UHGV virus genome: UHGV-0189815
Direction: 5' to 3' (one strand)
Length of the DNA: 33,152 bases
Source of the DNA: a virus
The number at the start of each line of letters is the position of its first letter. Positions within the stretch are counted from its first letter, which is position 1. The notes under the pieces were generated by a model that was not told where the DNA came from, ran no database searches, and saw only the letters and a list, made by a program, of their open reading frames with translations. Position numbers and translations under genes: made by a program. This document shows, in pieces, positions 16,821 through 26,292 of the stretch.

Positions 16821-17633
16821 ATGCCGTTAACGCCTTTTCAACGTCATGTTGAAAGTATCCGTGCCCGTCAGGTTATGACCGGCGAAGCCGCGCCCCGCGC
16901 GGTTGGTCTGGATGACAGTAGTTTGTATGTGCAGCTTTTGCAGTTACGTCAGGATGTCGGGACGCTGCGCGATCTGCATAGCAACGCAGAACGCTTTCAA
17001 ATGAAGCGTGACGTTATGCTGCCGCGCTGGTTGCCGTGGGCTGAAAAGTACCTGGAAGCGGGCGACATCTATCAAAATCCGGTTTTCGTCTGGTGCATTG
17101 TCTGGCTGATGGACGTCAGAAAGTTTGAACAAGCGCTGAATTGGGCTGATATCGCGATTGAACAGGGTCAGGAGTCACCGGAAGGTTTCCGTAACAATCT
17201 GGCCGGAACGGTGGCTGATGAAGTGCTGGACTGGTCAGAAAGTGAGTTTGAAGCGGGGCGTAGTATTGAGCCGTTTTTCTCTCAAACTTTTAAGAATGTG
17301 ACTGAGTGCTGGAAGCTCAACGAACAGTTGACGGCGAAATATTACAAACTGGCCGGTTTCCTGATCCTGCGCGGTGCTGATGGGCGCGTTAATCCCGCAA
17401 ATCTGGATGATCCGGCAGCATTGCGTCAGGCCGATTTATGCCTGGACGCGGCAGGCACGCTTTACAAAAACGCGGGGGTTAAATCTCTGCGTGAACGTAT
17501 CGCGGCACGTCTGCGCAAACTTGAAACGACTCCGCAACGCGGCGCGGGCGCGGCTGAGGGTGTAGGCGAAGAAATCGCCGATCACGCCGTGGACGCCGGT
17601 CAGCCCGCGACTTCTGAAACTGAGGGGGTTTAA
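16821..17633 (+). CDS. Terminase small/endonuclease subunit (P2 gpM-like)
   Basis: 270-aa ORF in the conserved position after the capsid gene; assigned by gene order and size. Confidence 0.7.
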   Translation: MPLTPFQRHVESIRARQVMTGEAAPRAVGLDDSSLYVQLLQLRQDVGTLRDLHSNAERFQMKRDVMLPRWLPWAEKYLEAGDIYQNPVFVWCIVWLMDVRKFEQALNWADIAIEQGQESPEGFRNNLAGTVADEVLDWSESEFEAGRSIEPFFSQTFKNVTECWKLNEQLTAKYYKLAGFLILRGADGRVNPANLDDPAALRQADLCLDAAGTLYKNAGVKSLRERIAARLRKLETTPQRGAGAAEGVGEEIADHAVDAGQPATSETEGV

Positions 17634-18085
17634 TGTTTTCCGGCAAAACGGCGAATTACCAGGACCGCGTGATCAAAAACGTGGGGTTCTGGCCGGATAT
17701 TAACGCCGGAGAATTTGAGGAACGCCGCCAGATCCCCGCCAGTATCGCCAATGCGACGGTTATCGCGGCGCTACTTGCGGCAATTGACAGCGTAAACCGT
17801 GATCTGGATACCTGGACCGATATTCAACACGGCAAGGGGTATTCCTCTGCGGCAGATGTTCCGGGGCCGTCGTGTGAAGGGGCTAACGCGCTGACTGAGT
17901 CTTACAAAAAGGCTGTTTTTGCCAGGGCGAAAGCCGATTTAATGCCGGAATTTGCCACCGTGGGACGTCGTGAAACGCACCCCGGCGCGGAATCGCAGGA
18001 AACGGCGGACGGCTTACGCGGTGAAGCTGCGCAGGTTATCCGCCAGATTATGGGCTATGCCCGCGCCACGGTGAGGCTGTTATGA
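17633..18085 (+). CDS. Head completion/stabilisation protein (P2 gpL-like)
   Basis: 150 aa; position after gpM; start overlaps the upstream stop. Confidence 0.65.
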   Translation: MFSGKTANYQDRVIKNVGFWPDINAGEFEERRQIPASIANATVIAALLAAIDSVNRDLDTWTDIQHGKGYSSAADVPGPSCEGANALTESYKKAVFARAKADLMPEFATVGRRETHPGAESQETADGLRGEAAQVIRQIMGYARATVRLL

Positions 18086-18561
18086 CGCCGACACGCACGC
18101 AGCTTAATGCGTTGACTGAATATCTGATCGGCAAGTTGCCGCCGAAGGTGTCAGCCTGCCTTGATTCATGGATGGAAAACGCGTCGCTGGTTTATGCCCC
18201 GCGCGATATGGGGCTGTATAGCGAAATGGCGCAATTACAGTTTGACGCGGTGCTGTCATTCGAAAATTACCCGTTCCGTGTTTATCCGCCTGCGCTGCTG
18301 TTCTGCCTGATTACTGGCTGGCTGGCAGATTGTGACACGCGCCGGGATGAACTGGAATTGCCCGATCCGTCACTGGTGATTGCTGAGTCGGCGGAGGAAA
18401 TCGCCGACGTGGAAATCACGATTAAATTCAGTTGCCCGCTGTGTGTTCGCGAAGATGCGCAGGGGGTTATTGAGTGGGACGGCAGGCGCTGGTCATTGTC
18501 TGAGCCGGAGATCTGGACGGCAGAACATTACGATCTGTCTGTTGGGGTGGCCGGTGATTAG
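18082..18561 (+). CDS. Tail completion protein (P2 gpR-like)
   Basis: YPPALLFCLITGWLADC resembles the P2 gpR segment FDLLIVPVLAWLRENQ as I recall it; 159 aa. Confidence 0.55.
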   Translation: MTPTRTQLNALTEYLIGKLPPKVSACLDSWMENASLVYAPRDMGLYSEMAQLQFDAVLSFENYPFRVYPPALLFCLITGWLADCDTRRDELELPDPSLVIAESAEEIADVEITIKFSCPLCVREDAQGVIEWDGRRWSLSEPEIWTAEHYDLSVGVAGD

Positions 18562-19186
18562 AACCGATCTGCGCGGCCAGCGTGAAGCATTAATCAGGCT
18601 TGCGGCGCTGGAACTGCCACCGGCAAAAAGGCGGCAGGTTTTGCAGAATGCCGCCAGGCGGATTAAGCGGGAAGCGCAACAGAAAGCCAGGGCGCAGCGA
18701 ACGCCGGACGGGCGCGGATGGGAAAAGCGCCAGCGTGGCAGTAAAAAAATGATGCGCCGCATTCCTGCGCTAATGAGTATTACGCCGACTTCTGACGATG
18801 TGAAGTTGCACTGGAAAAACCCTGTTCATAGCGATATGGCAGCGCGCCATCACTACGGTAAGCCGGAGCATGTGACGGCTGCGCAGCTCAAGCGCCAGCG
18901 CGGCCAGCCTGCATATGATGCGCCGGTCACGCGTGGTCAGGCGGTAAAGCTGCGCCAGCTTGGTTACACGGTTAAACAGGGCAAAAAGAAAAAAACGCCG
19001 TCAATTAAATGGATTACGCAGAACATTAAGCAGGGTCAGGCGGGGCTAATCATTCGCATTCTGAAAGAAGAAGCCGCGAAAAAAGAATGGGACATCCCCG
19101 CGCCGCCGCGCCCCTGGCTGGATACCCGCTCAAAACATAACGCGCGAATATTAGCGCAGGAATTAAAAAAGGTGAGAAAAAAATGA
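18554..19186 (+). CDS. Virion morphogenesis/tail completion protein (P2 gpS-like)
   Basis: In-frame GTG 18554 overlapping the upstream stop (GTGATTAG); motif RRIKREAQQKARAQRTPDGRGWEKR fits the phage virion morphogenesis family; basic C-terminus. The ORF-track N-terminal extension from 18380 is rejected. Confidence 0.55.
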   Translation: MIRTDLRGQREALIRLAALELPPAKRRQVLQNAARRIKREAQQKARAQRTPDGRGWEKRQRGSKKMMRRIPALMSITPTSDDVKLHWKNPVHSDMAARHHYGKPEHVTAAQLKRQRGQPAYDAPVTRGQAVKLRQLGYTVKQGKKKKTPSIKWITQNIKQGQAGLIIRILKEEAAKKEWDIPAPPRPWLDTRSKHNARILAQELKKVRKK

Positions 19187-20322
19187 CTTTTCCACAAGTT
19201 CAGGTTAATCAAATTGATTTGGCGCAAGGCACTGTAAATGAAATAGAGCGGCATTTATTGTTCGTCAGCTATGCGCCGCTTGAAAATTACACCCCAGGTT
19301 TTTACACGCTAAATACTCAAACTGATTTAGACAAAATTACAAGTTCAGCGGGTGACGATATTCGCGCCGCCATGATGAATGCGGGGCAAAATTGGTCGGC
19401 ATCGGTTTATTTTATGGATTCTGACGAAAAGTGGCAGGATGCTGTTAAAAAATGCCAAAAATACGGAAGTTTTGAGGGCGTTGTATTGTTAGAGGATTTT
19501 GCTGACTGGAATGAAGAAGAGTCCGGTTTTTCTCTAACTAAAAGCGCCAAAGAAGCTGCCGCTCTCCGCCAGGAATTAATCGCGACATACGGTCGTTGGA
19601 CATGGTTTATTTTACCCGTTAAAAATCCTGTTGGCGGTGACATGACATGGCAACAATATTCCGCCGCTTTAACGCAATGGCAAACGGGGTTAGTTGCTGA
19701 TGGCGTTATGCTGGTTCCCCGTCTTTATGAGAATTTGCCAGGTGTAATTGCTGGACGTTTATGTAATCGGCTGGTGACAATTGCAGATACTCCCGCGCGC
19801 GTTTTAACTGGATCGCTCGTGTCTGTTGGCAACGCAACTAAAGACAAAAACGGAGAGACGGTAACAGCGGATATTGTGCAGGCGCTGGACGCTGCGCGTT
19901 ATTCTGTTCCGGTCACGTATGCGGATTTTGAGGGCATTTACTGGAATGATGGCCCGCTGCTGGCTGCTAAAGGCAGCGATTATCAGTCAATCCGCATTCT
20001 GCGCATTGTTGATAAAGTCGCGCGCCAGGTGCGTTTGCTTGCAATCCGCAATATTGGTAACCGCTCGTTAAATTCCACGCCGTCCAGCGTTGAATATCAT
20101 CAAATGCAGTTTGCTAAACCGCTGCGCACGATGGCGAAAAGTACCACTATTAACGGCGTGTCATTCCCCGGTGAAGTCTATTCACCAAAAGAGGGTGATA
20201 TTGTTATTACATGGATTGATTCAACGCATGTAAATATTTACGTACAGGCGCGCCCGACTGAATGCCCGCTGGTTATTGGCGTAAATATTATGGTTGATCT
20301 GTCTGTACAGAATGAGGCTTGA
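19183..20322 (+). CDS. Tail sheath protein (putative; not obviously P2 FI-type)
   Basis: 379-aa ORF directly followed by a tube-sized ORF, upstream of chaperone and tape measure; assignment by order and size only. Confidence 0.5.
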   Translation: MTFPQVQVNQIDLAQGTVNEIERHLLFVSYAPLENYTPGFYTLNTQTDLDKITSSAGDDIRAAMMNAGQNWSASVYFMDSDEKWQDAVKKCQKYGSFEGVVLLEDFADWNEEESGFSLTKSAKEAAALRQELIATYGRWTWFILPVKNPVGGDMTWQQYSAALTQWQTGLVADGVMLVPRLYENLPGVIAGRLCNRLVTIADTPARVLTGSLVSVGNATKDKNGETVTADIVQALDAARYSVPVTYADFEGIYWNDGPLLAAKGSDYQSIRILRIVDKVARQVRLLAIRNIGNRSLNSTPSSVEYHQMQFAKPLRTMAKSTTINGVSFPGEVYSPKEGDIVITWIDSTHVNIYVQARPTECPLVIGVNIMVDLSVQNEA

Positions 20323-20786
20323 TTATGTCAGGTTCTAAACGCATTTCGGGAATGGCGTTTGATATTACGTTATTCAATACCACGATTCATGTAAATAAAA
20401 TTACACTGACTATTACTGATAACTCTGACGTAGCGAAAACGCGCGGCATTCCTGATGGTTATGTTGACGGCGACGTCAGCGCCGAAGGTGACATGGAACT
20501 GGATACCAAAAACTTTTTACGTATCCATGATGCGGCGGCATCGGCTGGCAGTTATCGCGGAATTGAACCGGAAGACATTTTATTTTATGCAAAGGCGGGC
20601 AGCGAAAAAATTAAAGTCGAGGCTTTTGGATGTAAGCTGGCAATTGACAGTTTGCTGGACGTGGACACCGCAGGCGGCGAAAAATCAGTTTATAAAATTA
20701 AATATAAAGTGACTGCGCCTGAATTTATCAAAATTAATGGTATTCCTTATCTGTCAGATGAAGATACCCGCGATTTAATCGGGTAA
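20319..20786 (+). CDS. Tail tube protein (putative)
   Basis: 155 aa; translationally coupled to the sheath gene; by position. Confidence 0.5.
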   Translation: MIMSGSKRISGMAFDITLFNTTIHVNKITLTITDNSDVAKTRGIPDGYVDGDVSAEGDMELDTKNFLRIHDAAASAGSYRGIEPEDILFYAKAGSEKIKVEAFGCKLAIDSLLDVDTAGGEKSVYKIKYKVTAPEFIKINGIPYLSDEDTRDLIG

Positions 20787-20790
20787 TTAT

Positions 20791-21093
20791 ATGTTAACAC
20801 CGCATGAAAAAAGCATTCTCACTTTGGCGGGGATTGGCGCATTAATTGCATTGGGTAAGGTGTTGAATACCGCTGAACCGATCACACTGCGTTTAATTAT
20901 TGGACGCGTAATTTTAGGCGCTGCGGTGTCGATGGTGGCCGGTGTTGCATTGATTCAGTTCCCTGATTTACACCCCGTTGCAATAAACGGTCTGGGGGCT
21001 GCTTTCGGTATTGCGGGCTATCAGGCGGTTGAACTATGGCTGCGTAATCGTGCGCAGTCCAGGAACGGGAGCAAGACAAATGACACTGAGTGA
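20791..21093 (+). CDS. Holin (putative)
   Basis: 100 aa with two to three hydrophobic helices and a charged C-terminus (RNRAQSRNGSKTNDTE); immediately upstream of, and overlapping, the endolysin gene. Confidence 0.6.
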   Translation: MLTPHEKSILTLAGIGALIALGKVLNTAEPITLRLIIGRVILGAAVSMVAGVALIQFPDLHPVAINGLGAAFGIAGYQAVELWLRNRAQSRNGSKTNDTE

Positions 21094-21418
21094 AAAGCAG
21101 CAGCGATTTACATCAATGATCGCTTTATTAATCCAGTACGCCAACGCGAATGGCTTTTGGCTGACATTTGGTGAAGCGTACCGCACGCCGGAACAGGCGG
21201 CACTGAATGCCAAAAAAGGCAGCGGCATTAAAAACAGTTTGCATACGCAGCGACTGGCCGTCGATTTTAATCTGTTTATCAAAGGCGAATATAAGACAGA
21301 CAGTCGTGATTACTTGCCGCTTGGGGAGTATTGGGAATCGCTCGGCGGGACGTGGGGCGGTCGTTTCAGTAAACCAGACGGAAATCATTTCAGTCTGGAA
21401 CACAACGGCGTTAAATAA
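21080..21418 (+). CDS. Endolysin, peptidase M15 (LAS-type zinc peptidase) family
   Basis: Zn-binding motifs H-x6-D (LHTQRLAVDF) and D-x2-H (PDGNHF); 112 aa from ATG 21080. Confidence 0.7.
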   Translation: MTLSEKQQRFTSMIALLIQYANANGFWLTFGEAYRTPEQAALNAKKGSGIKNSLHTQRLAVDFNLFIKGEYKTDSRDYLPLGEYWESLGGTWGGRFSKPDGNHFSLEHNGVK

Positions 21419-21467
21419 CCATTTAAACGCTTTAAAATATTAACTTCTTTATTCTGGATAAATAAAA

Positions 21468-21728
21468 ATGGATGAATCTATTACGCTGACTATTTCCGGT
21501 GTGGATGTTGTTTTCGAACCGAACGAAGTCGCCTATAACTCTTTTATCAATGAAATGGCAATGGATAACAAAGTTACGCCATCAGTTGAATATGTGCGCG
21601 CCATTGTTTCCCGCGAAAGTAAGGACGCATTAAACGGCATCCTGAAAAAGCCAGGTGCAGCCATTCAGATCGCGGCGGCTGTTAATAAACAGTACGCGCC
21701 GGAACTGGATATTGTTGTAAAAAAATAA
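21468..21728 (+). CDS. Tail assembly chaperone (P2 gpE / lambda G analogue)
   Basis: 86-aa ORF between the tube gene and the tape measure; ends at a slippery A7 run followed by a -1 frame extension. Confidence 0.6.
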   Translation: MDESITLTISGVDVVFEPNEVAYNSFINEMAMDNKVTPSVEYVRAIVSRESKDALNGILKKPGAAIQIAAAVNKQYAPELDIVVKK

Positions 21729-21911
21729 CTGCCCGCGTGCGGGCTATTGAAAATAACGGGCTGGAACAAATGCTAACCCTGCGCCGTTATTATCTGCCTG
21801 ATGGTGATGATTCAGAGCAGACATTAGCCCGCGCTGTCTGGCTTGATAACCATTACTGGGAAAATTTCAGTATTGGCGTTGCGAATGGCGTCGCTAAATT
21901 ATTTGGATAAA
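21719..21911 (+). CDS. -1 frameshift extension of the tail assembchaperone (gpE+E'-type product)
   Basis: Slippery heptamer A_AAA_AAA (21719..21725) in the zero frame, 5-nt spacer, then GC hairpin GCCCG-CGTG-CGGGC (21731..21744); the -1 frame stays open to TAA at 21909..21911 (...ITARVRAIENNGLEQMLTLRRYYLPDGDDSEQTLARAVWLDNHYWENFSIGVANGVAKLFG). Confidence 0.6.
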
Positions 21912-21913
21912 TT

Positions 21914-24247
21914 ATGGCTAGTGAATCGCTGACTTATATTATTTCTCTGATTGACCGCGCAAGCGCCCCACTGCGCGGTATTCGTCAGCAGGTCAGCGCA
22001 CTGGGCCAGACGGCAAAAAGCGGCGCGCAGCAGGTTGCAATGGGAACGGCGGCAATGTGGGCCGCAGGCCAGGCATTAAAAGGCGGGCTGGAACCGGCGA
22101 TCGAAATGCGCCGCGCGCTGGACTCTGTAAAGGCGCTGGACGTAACCGAAACGGGATTAAAGCAGCTTAAAAACGCGGCGCTTCAATTCAGTATGCAGTA
22201 CGGCGGCAGCGCGGCGGAGATCGTCAGCGCGTCTTACGATATTCAGTCCGCAATTTCTGGATTGTCTGCTGATGAATTGACCGGATTCACAACCACGTCA
22301 GCGGTTGTTGCAAAGGCGACAAAGGCCGATACGCAGACGATCACAAACTATATGGGGACCATGTACGGCATCTTTAAACAGACTGCTGACGGCATGGGCA
22401 AAATTAAATGGGCTGAGAAAATCGGCGGGCAAACCGCCTATGCGGCCAACCTGTTTAAATCTGACGGTGAATCAATGTCGCAGGCGTTTACGTCACTGGG
22501 GGCCGCTGCGCAAACAGCAGGCCGCAGCAGTGCGGAACAATTCGCGATCCTGGGTCAGTTGCAGTCAACAATGTCAGGCAGTGAAGCCGGGACAAAATAT
22601 AAGGCGTTTCTGGCGGGGGTAGGGAACGCCCAGAAAACGCTGAAAATGTCGTTTACCGATGCCACCGGGCAAATGAAGTCAATGCCTGCAATTCTCGACA
22701 TGCTGCATAAGCGGTTCGGGAATATCAGCAAAGTGGCGGATTCTGACCTGCTGAAAAAAGCGTTTGGCAGTGATGAAGCGGTTTCCCTGATCAAGTTGCT
22801 GATCAGCGATACGGACGGGCTGAAACGCAGTATCAGCGAGATCGACGCGATCGACGGGCTGGACGACGTAAAACGCGCCGCCGCCACGGTTGCCGATCCG
22901 TGGGAGCGCGCCGCCGCAGGTATTACGGCGGTAAAAATTGCTGTGGGGTCTGCGTTGTTGCCGGTTCTGGAACCGCTACTGATAAAAATGACAAAGGTCG
23001 CCCAGTCGGCTGTCGTCTGGCTGAATAAATTCCCGAACATTACGCGCTGGATCGGGATTGTTACGGCAGCAATTATCAGCGCCACCGCAGCCGGGGCCGC
23101 ATTTACGGTCATGCTGGGCGGTTTAAAGTTGGCTGGGGCCGGAATCCGGCTGGCGGGGATTTTCACCGGGATCACCCCGCTGTTTAAACTTCTGGCGCGT
23201 GGTGCTGGTGCAATTCTTAATTTTTCGGGGGCGTTGCGGTTTTTCCGTAACACCTTATTTGCTGCGCGCCTTGCGTTGATGTCATTTGGCGGGAGTCTGG
23301 CCGCAGTCACTGCCCCGATCTGGGGGCTGATTGCGCTTATTGCGCTGGCGATCGGTGCGGTTGTTGTCGCTGTCGTTAAGTTCTGGAATCCGATCAAGGC
23401 ATTTTTCAGCGGTTTTATCACTGGCTTCATGCAGGCGGCGCAAAAGTCGCAGGTGTTGCAAGGTGTGATCGCCGCGTTGGGGCCGGTATTTTCTGCTGTC
23501 TGTTTCGTGGTTAGTTGGTTGTGGAATGGCCTGAAAAGTCTTTGCGGCTGGTTTGGCGACCTGCTGACACCGATTCAGTATACCGAAAATGAACTGTCCT
23601 CTTTTTCTGACGCTGGCAGCATGGCCGGTTCTGTCGTTGCTGCAGCTTTCGACGCCATTCTGTTTCCGATCAATCTGCTGATCAGTGCTGTCAGTTGGCT
23701 GGTTAAGGTCTGGCCGGATGTGGTCGCGGGCTGGAACAGCGTCTGCGCCGCTTTCTCTGAATTTTCATTTGCTGATGCTTTCAGGTCGGGCGTTGAGTCG
23801 GTCGGCCAGTTGTTTTCCGGTTTGTGGGATTCAATCGCCCAGCAATTTTTCGGCGTCTATAACGGCATTGTTGAGCAGTTAAACAAACTGCCCGGCGTCA
23901 ACATTGAGTTAAAAGGAACCGCAGCGCCGGGCCAGACGGGAACGGCTGCGCAGGCGGCGTCAGTTGCCGCCGCTATTCCGGGGGGCGCGTCGCTCCTGGT
24001 TGCGCCAGTGTCGGGTGTTGCCTCTGCGTTTGTTGTCCCTGGCGCGCAGCCGCCTGCGCCACCTTCCAGCCCAGCCGTATTACGCGGCGGGGTGCTTGAT
24101 CCGGGTGTAGCCAACGTCAGCAGCAAAACAACAAAAAGCACGACCAATATAAATAACAGCCGCAGCGTGGGTAACGTCAATGTGTATGTGCAGCAGGCGC
24201 AGGACGCCCAGCAAATAGCGGAAATGGCGGAGATGTCGGCGGGATGA
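21914..24247 (+). CDS. Tail tape measure protein
   Basis: 777-aa ORF, Ala/Gly-rich and helical, with hydrophobic central segments; canonical position after the chaperone pair. Confidence 0.85.
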   Translation: MASESLTYIISLIDRASAPLRGIRQQVSALGQTAKSGAQQVAMGTAAMWAAGQALKGGLEPAIEMRRALDSVKALDVTETGLKQLKNAALQFSMQYGGSAAEIVSASYDIQSAISGLSADELTGFTTTSAVVAKATKADTQTITNYMGTMYGIFKQTADGMGKIKWAEKIGGQTAYAANLFKSDGESMSQAFTSLGAAAQTAGRSSAEQFAILGQLQSTMSGSEAGTKYKAFLAGVGNAQKTLKMSFTDATGQMKSMPAILDMLHKRFGNISKVADSDLLKKAFGSDEAVSLIKLLISDTDGLKRSISEIDAIDGLDDVKRAAATVADPWERAAAGITAVKIAVGSALLPVLEPLLIKMTKVAQSAVVWLNKFPNITRWIGIVTAAIISATAAGAAFTVMLGGLKLAGAGIRLAGIFTGITPLFKLLARGAGAILNFSGALRFFRNTLFAARLALMSFGGSLAAVTAPIWGLIALIALAIGAVVVAVVKFWNPIKAFFSGFITGFMQAAQKSQVLQGVIAALGPVFSAVCFVVSWLWNGLKSLCGWFGDLLTPIQYTENELSSFSDAGSMAGSVVAAAFDAILFPINLLISAVSWLVKVWPDVVAGWNSVCAAFSEFSFADAFRSGVESVGQLFSGLWDSIAQQFFGVYNGIVEQLNKLPGVNIELKGTAAPGQTGTAAQAASVAAAIPGGASLLVAPVSGVASAFVVPGAQPPAPPSSPAVLRGGVLDPGVANVSSKTTKSTTNINNSRSVGNVNVYVQQAQDAQQIAEMAEMSAG

Positions 24248-24579
24248 CTGAACAACTGTATATCGATCTGAAAATTGTTAACGGTGATTTTCTTTTGAAT
24301 ACCGGACGTGAACCAACGCTATGTGACAACCGCGTCAGCATTGGTCAGGACATTAAACACGCCATCATTGAAAGCAATCTGGCAACGCACCTTATCGGCC
24401 AGCGTTCCGCTGTCATGCGCAATGATGTTTATCTGCAAATTATTCTGATGGTGGAAACGGATAACCGCCTAATCCCCGGAACGGTGCGCGTGTATGAGGA
24501 AGCGGCAGGCCGCGTCATTGTGACGGCAGAAACGTATGAATTCGGACTGATTGATCCTGTTGAGGTTGTTTATGAGTGA
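24244..24579 (+). CDS. Small baseplate protein (gpW/gp25-like, putative)
   Basis: 111 aa, translationally coupled between tape measure and the J-like gene; size and position only. Confidence 0.4.
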   Translation: MTEQLYIDLKIVNGDFLLNTGREPTLCDNRVSIGQDIKHAIIESNLATHLIGQRSAVMRNDVYLQIILMVETDNRLIPGTVRVYEEAAGRVIVTAETYEFGLIDPVEVVYE

Positions 24580-25756
24580 TGCACCTAAACCCGATTACCG
24601 CGCCCTGTTGGATGACGCGGGCCTGCCGGGTACGGAAAAGGAAATTCAGGCGAAGTTTCAGGCTGTCGCCGACGACGAAGGGCTGGTCACTAACACGTCG
24701 TTAATGTCGCCGTTCTGGCGTCTGATTTCCGCCATTGTCACTAAACCGGTGCTGTGGCTGCGTGACGTGCTGGCAGATGTGGTTCTGACTAACCTTTTTG
24801 TTGCTACAGCGATTGGGACGTGGCTTGACCTGCTGGCGTGGGCGGTCCGTCTGGAACGTAAGGCGGCGACGTGCGCCCAGGGCGCGGTGACGTTTATTAA
24901 AACCAGTGCCGATGAAAATGTGACAATTCCCGCAGGCACTGTCATTCAGACCGAACGCGTTAACGGTGAAGTTTATCGCCTGATTGTGGATGCGACGACG
25001 ATGATCCCCGCAGGTATTGCGCAGCTATCGATCGCCTGTACGGCTGACACTGCGGGCAGTGCCTGGAACCTTGCGCCCGGTTATTACCATGTTTTACCCG
25101 TCGCAGTGGCAGGAGTTGCGGAAGTGACGACCGGCGATGACTGGCTGACGAAGCCAGGCGCTGATCGTGAGTCTGACGACGAATTTCGCCCGCGTATCCG
25201 TAACCAGTTTAACGTCGTGGGTAACTATCACATTGACGCCGTGTACCGCTCTGCGATCGCCAGTGTGGCCGGATTGAGTACCGATCGCATTTTCTTCTTA
25301 CATGACGCCCCGCGCGGACCGGGAACAGCTAACGCGTATTTATTGCTGGATGCAGGTGTGATCAGTGATCCGTTTATTGCAGCCGTAAATGATTACGTGA
25401 TGGGGCAGGGAAACCACGGACACGGCGACGATATGCAATGTTTCCCTATGCCGGAAACCTTTCATGAACTGGAAGTGACGCTTCACACCCCGGATAACGC
25501 GATGATTACCGATGCTGAACGTGCTGATCTGCCGGGGGTCGTTGAAAACATGGTGCGCTGCGCGTTTCGTGAGAATTCAGCGTATGACGTTACCAAAACG
25601 TGGCCCTGGTCGCGGTTTGGCTTTTCTAAGTTGGGTGAAGAAATTCACGAGGCGTTTCCCGCCCTGTCGTCTGTTGAATTTTCTCTTGATGACATCGTCA
25701 GTGAACTGAATATTCCGCGCTTGCGGTCATTGAGCGTGAAATGGGGCAGCGCATGA
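24572..25756 (+). CDS. Baseplate wedge protein (gpJ-like)
   Basis: 394 aa from ATG 24572 (overlaps the upstream stop); position upstream of the I-like and tail-fibre genes. Confidence 0.6.
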   Translation: MSDAPKPDYRALLDDAGLPGTEKEIQAKFQAVADDEGLVTNTSLMSPFWRLISAIVTKPVLWLRDVLADVVLTNLFVATAIGTWLDLLAWAVRLERKAATCAQGAVTFIKTSADENVTIPAGTVIQTERVNGEVYRLIVDATTMIPAGIAQLSIACTADTAGSAWNLAPGYYHVLPVAVAGVAEVTTGDDWLTKPGADRESDDEFRPRIRNQFNVVGNYHIDAVYRSAIASVAGLSTDRIFFLHDAPRGPGTANAYLLLDAGVISDPFIAAVNDYVMGQGNHGHGDDMQCFPMPETFHELEVTLHTPDNAMITDAERADLPGVVENMVRCAFRENSAYDVTKTWPWSRFGFSKLGEEIHEAFPALSSVEFSLDDIVSELNIPRLRSLSVKWGSA

Positions 25757-26286
25757 TGAACATTAAATTGCCCTGTTGGATGAACAAAGGCGAACCGCAA
25801 AAGCTGGCGGCAGCGTGCAAACGTTTCTGGCTTTGGCTTGACGCGTGGCTGCGCTGGCCGTTGCAGCAGTTTGATGCGCTGACCTGTAACGAAACGATCC
25901 TCTTTTTGCTGGCTTGGCAGCGTGACGTCACCCGCTTAAACGCGGAGCCGCTGGATCTGTTCCGCCGCCGCGTGGATTACGCGTTCATTAATGCGCAGGA
26001 TGCAGGCAGCACGGCGGGTTTTGCCCGGATATTTGAACGGCTGGAAATAGGTTTTGTCGGGATAAATGAGCGTGTAGACGGTATTGACTGGGACGTCATT
26101 TTGTTGGATTTGACCGACAGGCAGATCTCTGAACACGGTGATTTGCTGCGTGAAATTGTCCGGCAGTACGGGCGCACCTGCCGCCGCTATCGCTTCCAGT
26201 CGTTAACATCCACGCCGATCAATATTCAGGCGGGCAGCGTACACAATGACTATGTGTGTCACGCCGCGTCACTTATCAGGGAATAA
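25741..26286 (+). CDS. Baseplate/tail protein (gpI-like, putative)
   Basis: 181 aa; overlaps the J-like stop; immediately upstream of the tail fibre. Confidence 0.5.
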   Translation: MGQRMMNIKLPCWMNKGEPQKLAAACKRFWLWLDAWLRWPLQQFDALTCNETILFLLAWQRDVTRLNAEPLDLFRRRVDYAFINAQDAGSTAGFARIFERLEIGFVGINERVDGIDWDVILLDLTDRQISEHGDLLREIVRQYGRTCRRYRFQSLTSTPINIQAGSVHNDYVCHAASLIRE

Positions 26287-26292
26287 ATAACA

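Noticed and set aside
18380-18553. N-terminal extension of the gpS-like ORF back to 18380
   Set aside because: Overlaps the gpR-like gene extensively; an in-frame GTG at 18554 overlapping the upstream stop gives a product of expected size.
21729-21760. Stop-codon readthrough of the chaperone TAA as the origin of the downstream extension
   Set aside because: The zero-frame continuation after TAA terminates within about 17 codons; the long open frame is the -1 frame reached from the A_AAA_AAA heptamer.
22555-23430. 291-aa minus-strand ORF inside the tape measure gene
   Set aside because: Antisense to the tape measure gene; low-complexity Ala/Pro/Ser-rich translation.
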